In this document: piece by piece, positions 34,552 to 44,015 of the stretch | Layout of the letters: each line of letters starts with the position of its first letter | Numbering within the stretch: the first letter of the stretch is position 1 | Assembly (NCBI GenBank): GCA_016185635.1 | Contig: JACPNF010000010.1 | Span: forward strand, 1 to 47,628 | Length of the DNA: 47,628 nucleotides | Direction of reading: 5' to 3' | Source of the DNA: Candidatus Woesearchaeota archaeon | GTDB lineage: Archaea > Nanobdellota > Nanobdellia > SCGC-AAA011-G17 > JACPIM01 | Made by a program: the position numbers and the translations under genes | Notes under the pieces: model-generated | What the model was told of the DNA's origin: nothing | Databases searched by the model: none | Seen by the model: the letters and a program-made list of their open reading frames with translations, nothing else

Positions 34552-37500
34552 ATGGAAGCCAAATTAAAAGTCATGGAAGCCTTGCAGGAAGAGGCTTACA
34601 AAGGAATAGTTAGAGTAGACAGCCAGACAATGAGGCAAATTGATGTAAAGCCTGGCAGTGTTGTAGAAATTGAAGGTGGGAGAATTACTGTTGGTATTGT
34701 TGACAGAGCATATCCTACTGATATTGGTCAGGGAATTATCAGAATGGATGGTTTAGTAAGAAGAAATGCAAAGACTGGAATTGGAGAAGTTGTAAAGGTA
34801 AGAAAATCTGACATAAAAGAAGCAAAAACAATTTCAATTGCTCCTGCACAAAAAGGGGTCATGATACAAGCTGATCCTGATGTTTTCAGAAAAGGGTTAT
34901 TGGGAAGAGCTGTTGTAAAAGGAGATATTGTTGCATTAGGCGGAACAAGAACAAGAAGAAGGACAATGGCAGGAAGCCCATTTGAGGATATTTTTGATGT
35001 TTTTGAACAAGGTTTTATGGGAAACTTTGGTTTTGGAGGGTTAAGATTTATTGTTGTTGATGCAAATCCTAAACAGCCTGTTATAATTACTGAGACAACA
35101 GAAATAAAAGTTAATCCAAAAGCTGTTGAAGTTTCTGAAGAGTTGGCTCCTGATGTAACTTATGAGGATATAGGTGGGCTAAGCGATGAGATTAAAAAAA
35201 TAAGAGAAATGGTAGAATTGCCTTTGAAGCATCCTGAGATTTTTGAAAGGCTTGGAATTGAGGCCCCTAAAGGGGTATTGCTTCATGGAGTTCCTGGAAC
35301 TGGAAAAACTTTGCTTGCGAAGGCTGTAGCAAATGAAACTGAAGCTAACTTTTTACTTATTAATGGGCCAGAGGTAACTTGTTTAACTGGAGATACTGAA
35401 GTTTTAACAAACCCTAATGGAAGAGTAAAGGTACAAGAATTATTTAATGAAACAGAAAAAAACGGGGACATAGTAAGAAAAGATGACTTCAAAGAAATTG
35501 TAATTCCTAAACAAAAAATAAAACTGTTTTCTTTAAATGAAGATTTAAAGATTGTTCCAGATGAGATTGAAGCAATTACAAAATCTTATGCTCCTGAAAT
35601 TTATGAAATAAAAACAAAGAAAAAAGGATTACATAAAACTTCAAGAAATCATCCCTTTGCAACATTAAGCGAAGAAGGAAAAATTATTTGGAAAACTGCA
35701 AAAGAACTAAAAAGAAGGGATAAAATAGTTGTAGCTCCGAAATTAAATTTAATTAATAAGGATTCTTATTCAGAAAAGGATTTAGCTCAGATAGAACTTG
35801 AAGAAGATGAAATAGAAAAAATTGAAAAAAAAGAAGGACAAACAGTTTATGATATCTCTATGAAAACTTATCATAACTTTTTTGCAGGTTCTCCTTTAAC
35901 CTTATTGAGCAATTCTAAATTTTACGGTGAATGTGTTACAGAGGATACTGAAGTATTTACAAATCCAAAAGGCCCAAAAAAAATTAAAGAAATAAATGAA
36001 GGAGATAAAGTTTTTGTTTTGGATGAAAAAACAAAGCATTTTACAAAGTCCATAGTTAAATCCAAAATATTTAGTGGTGATAAAAAAGTCTATAAACTAG
36101 AAGCTGGAGGGAAAGAAATTGAAGCTTCGGATAATCACCCATTTTTAAAGTTGAAAGAAGATAACTCAACTGGCTGGCTGCCTTTGGGGGAATTAAAGAT
36201 TGGGGATTCTGTTTGTGTTGCTCAAGACGTCCCAATAAATAATATAAATAATAAAGTACCTAAATTAAATTTTGCCAGAATAAACAAAATAGAATTTACA
36301 GGAATTAAACCAACTTATGATATTGAAATAGAAGATCATCATAATTTTATTGCTAATGGGTTTATAGTTCATAATTCTGAAAAAAGAATCAGGGAGATTT
36401 TTGAAGAAGCTGAGAAGAATGCGCCAAGCATTATTTTTATAGATGAGATAGATGCTATTGCCCCTAAGAGAGAAGAAACATATGGTGAAGTTGAGAGAAG
36501 AATGGTCGCGCAGTTGTTATGTTTAGATAAAGATACTAAGGTTTATTTGCCAGACAAGTTTGTAAAAATTAAGGATTTATTTGATAATACTAACGGAGAA
36601 GAATTTAAGGATGAATTTGGGGTTCTACATAAAATCCCAGAAAAAGACATTTTAGTTCAGGGTCTTGACAAAGATGGGAAATTAACAAATTCAAGAATTA
36701 TTTCTTTAACTAAAACCAATATTCCAGAAGCTTATAAAATAAAATTAGATAATGGGGGATTTTTAAAAACTTCAAAAATAACAAAATTTTTAGTAGTTAA
36801 TAATGATGGAATAAACTGGATTACTGCAAATGAATTAAAAGAAGGGCAATATGTTCTTGTACCAAAGAAGATAGATTTTGACAGCAAAATACATAAAATA
36901 GATTTATTTAGGTTAAATAATAAGAATAAATGGGTATTGAAATTACCTAAAGATGGCCTTTTGAATAAGTTATTTAACAGAAATTATGCTTTTTTGAACG
37001 AGGTATATGATTTACTAAAAAATAAAAAGATTGAAAATAAAAATAATACTTTAAGAATTTCTATATTAAATCTACTATTAGAAAAAAAAGAATGTACAAA
37101 AAAAGAATTGCAGGATTTACTTGGTATAAGCAGAAAAAGTTTGAATAATGCTTTAAGAGTTATTGAAAAAGATTTAATTTCAGTTTTTGAAGATTACTCA
37201 AAAGTAAAATTAAATATTAATATTAATAATTCTTTAATTAAAGAGGTAAATCAAATAGCTTTTAAGAGTGATTCAATAATTTACCCAATAAAAGAAAAAT
37301 ATTTTACTTACATACCTAAAGTATTAGATGAAAAATTTGCCAAATTTTTAGGTTTATTAATAACTGACGGGCATATACATTATGATTATGTAAATGTAAG
37401 CGGAGAAACAGCCTTTATTGCTCAAAATAACCTTAATGATGTAATTAATATAAAAAGTAGAACAAGTAAATTAAGAGGCCTTGATAGACTGGACATTTAT

Positions 37501-40500
37501 TCTACAGCTTTAGCGCAATTTATTAGTGATTATTTTAAGATACCTCAAGGAAAGAAAAGCAAAATAGTAAGGATTCCTGAAGAGATATTTAGCTCAGCTT
37601 TACCTGTTAGGGCAGCTTTTGTAGCCGGTCTTATGGAAGGCGATGGGGGAGCTAGCGAGAAAATATCTATTGGTAGTACAAGCAAGGCTTTGATCGAGGA
37701 CACAGTAAAATTATTATTATCATTAGGTATCTTATCATATCATAAAAAATATGATAATACAAATCATGTAATTGTACATGGTGGTTATGATTCTGCTTAC
37801 AGATTTTTTTCACTTATCTATCCATATATGGAACTTGAAAGAAAAAAAGAAGATATTCAGAATTTAACAAACAAAATAAGAAGAGTATCTACAATTTCTT
37901 ATCCGATAAAAGAAAGGCTTTATGGTATAAGAAAAGAAAACAATATAAGATTAAATGATAATATGTACAGGTATTTATCTCCAAATACTAATTACTGCGT
38001 TAATTCTAAGGTGTTAGGATATTTTATTCAACAGATAGGTAGCATAGAAAATGAATTTGTACAGGAAATACAGAGATTATATAATTCTGATTTAATTCCC
38101 TGTAGGATTAAAAGTATAGAAAAAGTAGAAAATAAAGAACCGATGTATGACTTAACAACAACTAATTCAAACTTCCTTGCAGGAGAGATTCCTGTTTTGG
38201 TTCACAATACCACAATGGATGGATTAAAATCAAGAGGAAAAGTAGTAGTAATCGGGGCAAGTGTTACTGGTGATACTCCAATTATGATAAAAGATGAAAA
38301 TGGAATTAAAATCTTGCCAATAGGGAAATTTATAGATAAATATTATAAAGAAGGTGAAGAAAATGTTGAAAAAAATGTCGATAATATTTACGCTTTGGGA
38401 TTTGATAAAAAAGAAATAAATAACACATTTAATCAGACTTATTTTAATAACAGTGCTTTCAAAAAAATTAGAAGTGTATTTAGACATAAAGTAAATGAAA
38501 TTTATGAAGTAGAATATGTTGGTGGAAAAATAAGAACAACAGGTAATCATTCTGTTTTTGTTAGGACTAAACAAGGGCTCAAATATAAGCCAGTTACATT
38601 ATTAAAACCAGGAGAAATTTTAGTTGACTTACCTTATAAAGTAAATTCTCATATTCAAAAAATACATGAATTCCCTATGAGTTTAAGTTTAGAATTGCCA
38701 GTTCATAATATTCCATTAATAGAAAAATGTTATGACCAAGCTCTTCATGGAGTAAGTACAAATTTAATCTCAATTGAATCTAACAAACATAGCTCAACTA
38801 TTAATAGATGGAAAAGGGAGGAATATATTCCAGAAGAATTATCAAATAATTATTGGCATCTCCTTCCAAGCACAATAAAAGCTGCACCAGAACTAATGAG
38901 ATTATTAGGTTATTATACTGCAGAAGGTTATGCAAGAGACGAAGTAGACTTTTGTTTTGGAACACATGAAAAGGAATTAATTAAAGATTTAATAAAAATT
39001 ATGAAAAAAATATTTAATGTAGAACCTTCAAATGTAAAAATTACTGGCTCAAGGACTAATATTATATATAATATTAAACCATTAGCGAATTTCTTTAGCA
39101 GACATTGTGGAAAAGGAGCTTATAATAAACATCTTCCTTCGTTTATTTTTGAAGCTCCAAGAGAATATTTCTTGGAATTTGTAAATGGTTATTTTGCCGG
39201 TGATGGTTATAAATTTAATGATGGAAAATTACAAGTTACTTCAGTAAGCGAACAAATTATAATCGAATTAAATTGGCTTTTGAGGATGCATGGTATAAAA
39301 AGTCATCTTTCCAAAACAATAGCTAAAGCAGGAAGAAAAATAGGAAACAATACTATATGTAAAGATTCGATTGGATATAGGGTTAATATACCAAAAACAG
39401 CAAACCCTTTTGTTCAAAATAAAGTATTAAATGCAAAGAGAGCGAGAATAAAGTCAATTACAAAATTGCCTTTCAATGATTACGTATATGATTTATGCGG
39501 TTGCGACAATGAAGCTTTTTTCGGAGGTAAAACACCTATTTTGTTACATAATACAAATCGTGTTAATTCTTTAGACCCTGCATTAAGGAGACCTGGAAGA
39601 TTTGACAGGGAAATTGAAATTAGAGTTCCGGACAAACATGGAAGATTAAACATTTTAAAAATACATACAAGAAGCATGCCTCTAACAAAAGATGTTGACT
39701 TAGAAAAACTTGCTGCAATAACTCATGGTTTTGTCGGCGCCGACTTAGCAGCATTATGCAAAGAGGCAGCCATGAATATTATAAGAAAAATACTGCCTGA
39801 ATTAAACATAAAAGAAAATGAGCCATTGCCAAAAGAAATTTTAGATAAACTAAGAATAACAGGAAATGATTTCAAGGAAGCATTAAAGGTTGTAAGACCA
39901 AGTGCAATGAGAGAAGTGCTAGTTGAAGCTCCCAATGTCAAATGGAAAGATATAGGCGGATTAGAAGATTTAAAACAAGATTTAAAAGAAGCTGTTGAAT
40001 GGCCTTTAAAATATCCAACTGCTTTTACAAAATTAGGAATAAAGCCTCCAAAAGGAATTTTAATGTACGGTCCGCCTGGTTCTGGAAAGACATTGCTTGC
40101 AAAGGCTGTTGCAAATGAAAGTGAAGCAAATTTTATCTCAATAAAAGGGCCTGAACTTATAAGCCATTGGATGGGAGATTCTTTGCCTTATGATGAAAAA
40201 ATAATAGTTAAAAAAAACGGCAAAGTTAAATTTATGAAGATAGGGGATATAGTTGAAAACAAAGAAAATGTCCAGGTACTATCATTTGATAAAGAAAAAA
40301 GAGTAAGGTTTACCAACTTAAGGGACCATATAAAACATCCCTTAAGAGGCAAACTACTTGAAGTGACTACAAGAACTGGAAGAAAAATCAAGGTTACAGA
40401 TTATCATTCTTTATTTTCTTTTTTAAATGGCAAGTTTACAGATGTTCCTGTGAGCCATTTGATCCCTAATGAGAGTTATATAGCCATACCTAGAAATCTG

Positions 40501-42270
40501 AACTTACCTAGAGAAACTTTAGATTCAATAAATCTTTACGATTATTTCAAAGAAGATCAGGATGTTTTTGTTAGCAATGTTAAAGATTACTTAACAAGAG
40601 CAAAACTAATCTTAAGTTTAAACAAAACAGCAAATATTTTAGGAATTTCAAAAAAATATTTGGCAGATATTATAGGCAAAGATTTACCAGTTTCTATAAC
40701 CAAATTTGACAAATTAATAAAAGAAGCTAAATTAGCATTGAAATTTGAAGAAATAAAAATTAAATTAAAAGGAAGCATACATGAATATAACTCCATATTT
40801 GCGGTAAACAAAGACTTTTGGAGATTAGTCGGATTATGGGTGGCTGAAGGAGATTTAAATGGTTATACAGTAAGGTTACATAATCAAAATAAAGAAATCA
40901 GAGAAGACATGCATAAGATTTGCCAAGATTTGGGATTTAAAATTTCTTCTAGTGAAAACTCATTTGCAATTTGTTCTTTATTTTTGCAGAAAATATTCAA
41001 GAAGGTTCTTAATTTAGAAACAGGAGCTGAAAACAAAAAAATACCAGAAATACTATTTACTTTAGATAAAGAAAGCAAAGCTAATTTTTTGAAAGGATAT
41101 TTTAGCGGTGATGGAAGCAACTACCCTGCCGCAAGGGGCAAATTTCAAATAGAGGCCAGCACTATAAGCGACGAATTAGCAAATGGTTTGCTGTATTTAC
41201 TGTTAGATTTTGGCATAGTAGCAACAAGATATGATAAAAAAGAAAGAACTGGAAGTATATCAAAAAGAATAAGCATTCTTGGAGTAAAGAATTTTGAAAA
41301 ATTCAAGGATGCAGGGTTTATAGATAAAAAAAGAAATGATAGAATAGGGCAGTATATTAAATCAAGAAAATGGTTCAGGTCTGATTTAATACCTCTTACT
41401 GGCGAACTTTATAATTTAGTTACAGAAAATAATTCATCCTATGATGAGAGTATAAATACAGTCTGCAAAGAGAAACTAAAACAAATTTTAATTTATGTTG
41501 ATAAAGACAAAAGCTTGTATAAGGACTATTGGGATTTAGTTGACGGAGATATTTTCTTTGATAGAGTCAAAGAAATTAAGGAGTTGCCTAGCGAAGATTA
41601 TGTTTATGACATTTCAGTTCCAGGAGAAGAAAATTTTGTTGCAGGCTTTGGCGGTGTTTTAGCCCATAACAGCGAAAAGGGAATTCGCAAGGTTTTTGAG
41701 AGAGCAAGACAAGCTGCACCTTCAATAATCTTTTTTGACGAGATAGATGCAATTGCAAGCGCAAGAGGGATGGACATAGGAAACAAAGTTACGGAGAGAA
41801 TGGTTAACCAATTATTAACTGAAATGGACGGACTTGAAGAATTAACAGATGTGGTAGTTATAGGAAGTACGAATCGTCCTGATCTTCTTGACCCTGCCTT
41901 GCTAAGACCTGGAAGATTTGACAGGATTATATCAACTAACATACCTGAAATGCAGTCAAGAGAAAAAATATTTGAAATTCATACAAAAGAAATGCCTTTA
42001 GCAAAAGATGTTGACATTAAAAAACTTGTAGACCAGACAGTTGGATTTGTGGGCGCTGACATTGAGGGCTTGTGCAGGGAAGCAGGATTATTGGCATTAA
42101 GAGAAGACATAAAAACAACTGAAGTAAAGATGAAGCATTTTGAGCAGGCTCTTGAAAAGATCAAGCCATCTATCACCCCAGAGCAGTCAAAGAAGTATAA
42201 AGAAATAGAAGAGACTTACTTAAGAAGAGCAAAGGCTGGAATAGAAAGATCACCGAGCTATTTGGGTTAA
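34552..42270 (+). CDS. cdc48: CDC48/VCP-type double-ring AAA+ ATPase interrupted by five inteins
   Basis: N-domain. D1: [29 protein letters not shown]2: [28 protein letters not shown]. Joined exteins total 755 aa and read as a contiguous CDC48. Confidence 0.95.
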   Translation: MEAKLKVMEALQEEAYKGIVRVDSQTMRQIDVKPGSVVEIEGGRITVGIVDRAYPTDIGQGIIRMDGLVRRNAKTGIGEVVKVRKSDIKEAKTISIAPAQKGVMIQADPDVFRKGLLGRAVVKGDIVALGGTRTRRRTMAGSPFEDIFDVFEQGFMGNFGFGGLRFIVVDANPKQPVIITETTEIKVNPKAVEVSEELAPDVTYEDIGGLSDEIKKIREMVELPLKHPEIFERLGIEAPKGVLLHGVPGTGKTLLAKAVANETEANFLLINGPEVTCLTGDTEVLTNPNGRVKVQELFNETEKNGDIVRKDDFKEIVIPKQKIKLFSLNEDLKIVPDEIEAITKSYAPEIYEIKTKKKGLHKTSRNHPFATLSEEGKIIWKTAKELKRRDKIVVAPKLNLINKDSYSEKDLAQIELEEDEIEKIEKKEGQTVYDISMKTYHNFFAGSPLTLLSNSKFYGECVTEDTEVFTNPKGPKKIKEINEGDKVFVLDEKTKHFTKSIVKSKIFSGDKKVYKLEAGGKEIEASDNHPFLKLKEDNSTGWLPLGELKIGDSVCVAQDVPINNINNKVPKLNFARINKIEFTGIKPTYDIEIEDHHNFIANGFIVHNSEKRIREIFEEAEKNAPSIIFIDEIDAIAPKREETYGEVERRMVAQLLCLDKDTKVYLPDKFVKIKDLFDNTNGEEFKDEFGVLHKIPEKDILVQGLDKDGKLTNSRIISLTKTNIPEAYKIKLDNGGFLKTSKITKFLVVNNDGINWITANELKEGQYVLVPKKIDFDSKIHKIDLFRLNNKNKWVLKLPKDGLLNKLFNRNYAFLNEVYDLLKNKKIENKNNTLRISILNLLLEKKECTKKELQDLLGISRKSLNNALRVIEKDLISVFEDYSKVKLNININNSLIKEVNQIAFKSDSIIYPIKEKYFTYIPKVLDEKFAKFLGLLITDGHIHYDYVNVSGETAFIAQNNLNDVINIKSRTSKLRGLDRLDIYSTALAQFISDYFKIPQGKKSKIVRIPEEIFSSALPVRAAFVAGLMEGDGGASEKISIGSTSKALIEDTVKLLLSLGILSYHKKYDNTNHVIVHGGYDSAYRFFSLIYPYMELERKKEDIQNLTNKIRRVSTISYPIKERLYGIRKENNIRLNDNMYRYLSPNTNYCVNSKVLGYFIQQIGSIENEFVQEIQRLYNSDLIPCRIKSIEKVENKEPMYDLTTTNSNFLAGEIPVLVHNTTMDGLKSRGKVVVIGASVTGDTPIMIKDENGIKILPIGKFIDKYYKEGEENVEKNVDNIYALGFDKKEINNTFNQTYFNNSAFKKIRSVFRHKVNEIYEVEYVGGKIRTTGNHSVFVRTKQGLKYKPVTLLKPGEILVDLPYKVNSHIQKIHEFPMSLSLELPVHNIPLIEKCYDQALHGVSTNLISIESNKHSSTINRWKREEYIPEELSNNYWHLLPSTIKAAPELMRLLGYYTAEGYARDEVDFCFGTHEKELIKDLIKIMKKIFNVEPSNVKITGSRTNIIYNIKPLANFFSRHCGKGAYNKHLPSFIFEAPREYFLEFVNGYFAGDGYKFNDGKLQVTSVSEQIIIELNWLLRMHGIKSHLSKTIAKAGRKIGNNTICKDSIGYRVNIPKTANPFVQNKVLNAKRARIKSITKLPFNDYVYDLCGCDNEAFFGGKTPILLHNTNRVNSLDPALRRPGRFDREIEIRVPDKHGRLNILKIHTRSMPLTKDVDLEKLAAITHGFVGADLAALCKEAAMNIIRKILPELNIKENEPLPKEILDKLRITGNDFKEALKVVRPSAMREVLVEAPNVKWKDIGGLEDLKQDLKEAVEWPLKYPTAFTKLGIKPPKGILMYGPPGSGKTLLAKAVANESEANFISIKGPELISHWMGDSLPYDEKIIVKKNGKVKFMKIGDIVENKENVQVLSFDKEKRVRFTNLRDHIKHPLRGKLLEVTTRTGRKIKVTDYHSLFSFLNGKFTDVPVSHLIPNESYIAIPRNLNLPRETLDSINLYDYFKEDQDVFVSNVKDYLTRAKLILSLNKTANILGISKKYLADIIGKDLPVSITKFDKLIKEAKLALKFEEIKIKLKGSIHEYNSIFAVNKDFWRLVGLWVAEGDLNGYTVRLHNQNKEIREDMHKICQDLGFKISSSENSFAICSLFLQKIFKKVLNLETGAENKKIPEILFTLDKESKANFLKGYFSGDGSNYPAARGKFQIEASTISDELANGLLYLLLDFGIVATRYDKKERTGSISKRISILGVKNFEKFKDAGFIDKKRNDRIGQYIKSRKWFRSDLIPLTGELYNLVTENNSSYDESINTVCKEKLKQILIYVDKDKSLYKDYWDLVDGDIFFDRVKEIKELPSEDYVYDISVPGEENFVAGFGGVLAHNSEKGIRKVFERARQAAPSIIFFDEIDAIASARGMDIGNKVTERMVNQLLTEMDGLEELTDVVVIGSTNRPDLLDPALLRPGRFDRIISTNIPEMQSREKIFEIHTKEMPLAKDVDIKKLVDQTVGFVGADIEGLCREAGLLALREDIKTTEVKMKHFEQALEKIKPSITPEQSKKYKEIEETYLRRAKAGIERSPSYLG
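35380..35913 (+). mobile_element. CDC48 intein 1: mini-intein (178 aa), Cys1, ends ...LLSN, +1 Ser
   Basis: CLTGDTEVL (block A), TSRNHPF (block B), [15 protein letters not shown] (block F/G-like). Flanks GPEVT | SKFYGE. Confidence 0.8.
35932..36375 (+). mobile_element. CDC48 intein 2: mini-intein (148 aa), Cys1, ends IVHN, +1 Ser
   Basis: [37 protein letters not shown]. Flanks SKFYGE | SEKRIREIF. Confidence 0.9.
36520..38208 (+). mobile_element. CDC48 intein 3: large intein (563 aa) with LAGLIDADG endonuclease and an HTH-like insert
   Basis: [19 protein letters not shown] and [33 protein letters not shown], +1 Thr. Flanks AQLL | TTMDGL. Confidence 0.85.
38260..39552 (+). mobile_element. CDC48 intein 4: large intein (431 aa), Ser1, LAGLIDADG endonuclease
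   Basis: [28 protein letters not shown] and [34 protein letters not shown], +1 Thr. Flanks VVIGA | [18 protein letters not shown]. Confidence 0.85.
40180..41670 (+). mobile_element. CDC48 intein 5 (D2 domain): large intein (497 aa), Ser1, LAGLIDADG endonuclease
   Basis: [29 protein letters not shown] and [33 protein letters not shown], +1 Ser. Flanks SHWMGD | SEKGIRKVF. Confidence 0.85.
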
Positions 42271-42271
42271 T

Positions 42272-42712
42272 ATGAAAGGAATTGATTATAGGCCAAGATT
42301 TACCCTCATTTCTGTTGAAGAGGCAGTGAAATTTATTAACCCTGATTATATTCCTCCATATGTTAAAATAAGTAAAGATAAACATCTGCATGAAGTAAAG
42401 GTAGCAGTACCTCATCTTGATGGAGCCTATACGTTGGATGATTTAGCTGAAGAGCATATTTCTGGATTATTAAAAGAAAACTCTTGTTATAAAAATTTTA
42501 ATGTCCAAATAGAAATAATGGGAGGCAGACATTTCGGAAGATTAAGAAGTAATCGAGTGATAACGTTAAAACAGTTTCTAGATGGTATAAAATCTATAAT
42601 AAATTTTATGAGAATTGGGAGAAACCCTGAATCTGATAATTGCTTTAAATATTTTGGTTATAAAGACGGGTTGTGTAAATATGCAGATATAATTGATAGG
42701 TGTTTAGAATAG
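42272..42712 (+). CDS. hypothetical protein (146 aa) starting 1 nt after the CDC48 stop
   Basis: ORF only; no motif recognised. Confidence 0.4.
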   Translation: MKGIDYRPRFTLISVEEAVKFINPDYIPPYVKISKDKHLHEVKVAVPHLDGAYTLDDLAEEHISGLLKENSCYKNFNVQIEIMGGRHFGRLRSNRVITLKQFLDGIKSIINFMRIGRNPESDNCFKYFGYKDGLCKYADIIDRCLE

Positions 42713-42715
42713 ACC

Positions 42716-43591
42716 TTAGGTAACAACTCCATGTTCAATCAAGATTGTATGCTCTGTCTGGACTGCAAGTGCTTTTGACTTTTCAGGGAGAATTCCATAC
42801 TGCTTTACTATGTTTTCATTTTCCAAAATCTTCAATAAGATTCTTGCCTTTAACCCAAATTCTTTTATTATCCAACGCTCTGCAAAAGGAAGTGTCTTGT
42901 AATTTTCATTAATGAACTTAATCAGTTTTCTTGCCTCAAAGTTTCTAGTATTTTTTACATTTATTATTGCATAAATTGTCGAGCCTTTTCCTTCAATTAC
43001 CAAGCCTTCACCTGGTGTTGCAAAAGGCTCTATTGCTATAATCTGGTCTTTCTTTAACTGTGTTTTGTTTTGGTTATTATAATTTGGAATTGTAGGAGGA
43101 GTATGAACTAAATATTGACCTGTGCCATGTCCGCTTAAATTTCTTATTGGAGAAAAACCTAATTTAGTTATTTCTTCATGTATTACCTGGCCTATCTGCC
43201 ATATTTCTGTTCCATCTTTTGCTAATTTTACTGCAGCTTTCAGTGCATTTTCTGATGCATCAATTAATTTTTGGTTTTTATTTGTTGTTATTTCTACAGT
43301 TTTTGCTGTGTCTGCAACATATCCATCTACATGAGCTCCCAAGTCTATTTTTAATAGATCCCCTTTTTTCAATATCCTTTCATCATTATATACAGGAGTA
43401 TCGTGGGCAGCTATGTTATTTACAGAAACTCCACATGGAAAAGCTGGCTTTGCACCTAATTCTATTATCTTGTTTTCAACAGCTTCTGCAACTTCGATGT
43501 ATTTTACGCCTTCTTTAGCTACCTTTATACCTTCTTCTCTTGCTTTTCTTGCAATTTCTCCTGCCTTTATTATATTGTCCTTGAAATCCAT
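42716..43591 (-). CDS. map: methionine aminopeptidase, type 2 (archaeal)
   Basis: Pita-bread fold metal ligands: AAHDTP, DLGAHVDGY, LSGHG, AIEPF, QTEHTILI. Confidence 0.85.
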   Translation of the reverse strand: MDFKDNIIKAGEIARKAREEGIKVAKEGVKYIEVAEAVENKIIELGAKPAFPCGVSVNNIAAHDTPVYNDERILKKGDLLKIDLGAHVDGYVADTAKTVEITTNKNQKLIDASENALKAAVKLAKDGTEIWQIGQVIHEEITKLGFSPIRNLSGHGTGQYLVHTPPTIPNYNNQNKTQLKKDQIIAIEPFATPGEGLVIEGKGSTIYAIINVKNTRNFEARKLIKFINENYKTLPFAERWIIKEFGLKARILLKILENENIVKQYGILPEKSKALAVQTEHTILIEHGVVT

Positions 43592-43642
43592 CAGATTATC
43601 ATAAAAGTGAAACTTTAAAAGTTTAATTGTTATCTAAATTAT

Positions 43643-43975
43643 ATGTATTTCGAAGATAATAAAAAATTAAGAAGTTTTATAAAAAATAGTTTTTATGCTT
43701 ATATTATACTTCTTTTTTTAATAATCATAGTCTTCTTTTTGGAATTACTTTTTTTATGGGCAGACTATTTATTTGTATCTTTTATGGAGATTATCCTTAT
43801 TATCTTTCCTTTATTAATATTATTTAATTTTATTAATTGTTTAATATTTTTAAAGAAATATAAAAAGGATACCTTTGTTGTTATATCCTTATTAATATCT
43901 TTTGTATTTTTACTTATAATAGTATATGTTGGATATCTTTCCTTATTTGTATTTCAGCCAATTAAAGCATTTTAA
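43643..43975 (+). CDS. hypothetical small membrane protein (3 TM)
   Basis: ORF and hydrophobicity only. Confidence 0.3.
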   Translation: MYFEDNKKLRSFIKNSFYAYIILLFLIIIVFFLELLFLWADYLFVSFMEIILIIFPLLILFNFINCLIFLKKYKKDTFVVISLLISFVFLLIIVYVGYLSLFVFQPIKAF

Positions 43976-44015
43976 ATTAAAAAGGTTTAAAATATAAAGC
44001 ATTATTTGAAATATC

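Noticed and set aside
34552-42270. Idea that the 7.7-kb ORF is several fused or mis-assembled AAA genes rather than one gene with inteins
   Set aside because: The frame is open throughout. Every insert is bounded by intein-type termini (C/S ... N followed by S/T). The joined flanks reconstruct one N-D1-D2 CDC48 without duplication. Only read-level data could still overturn this.
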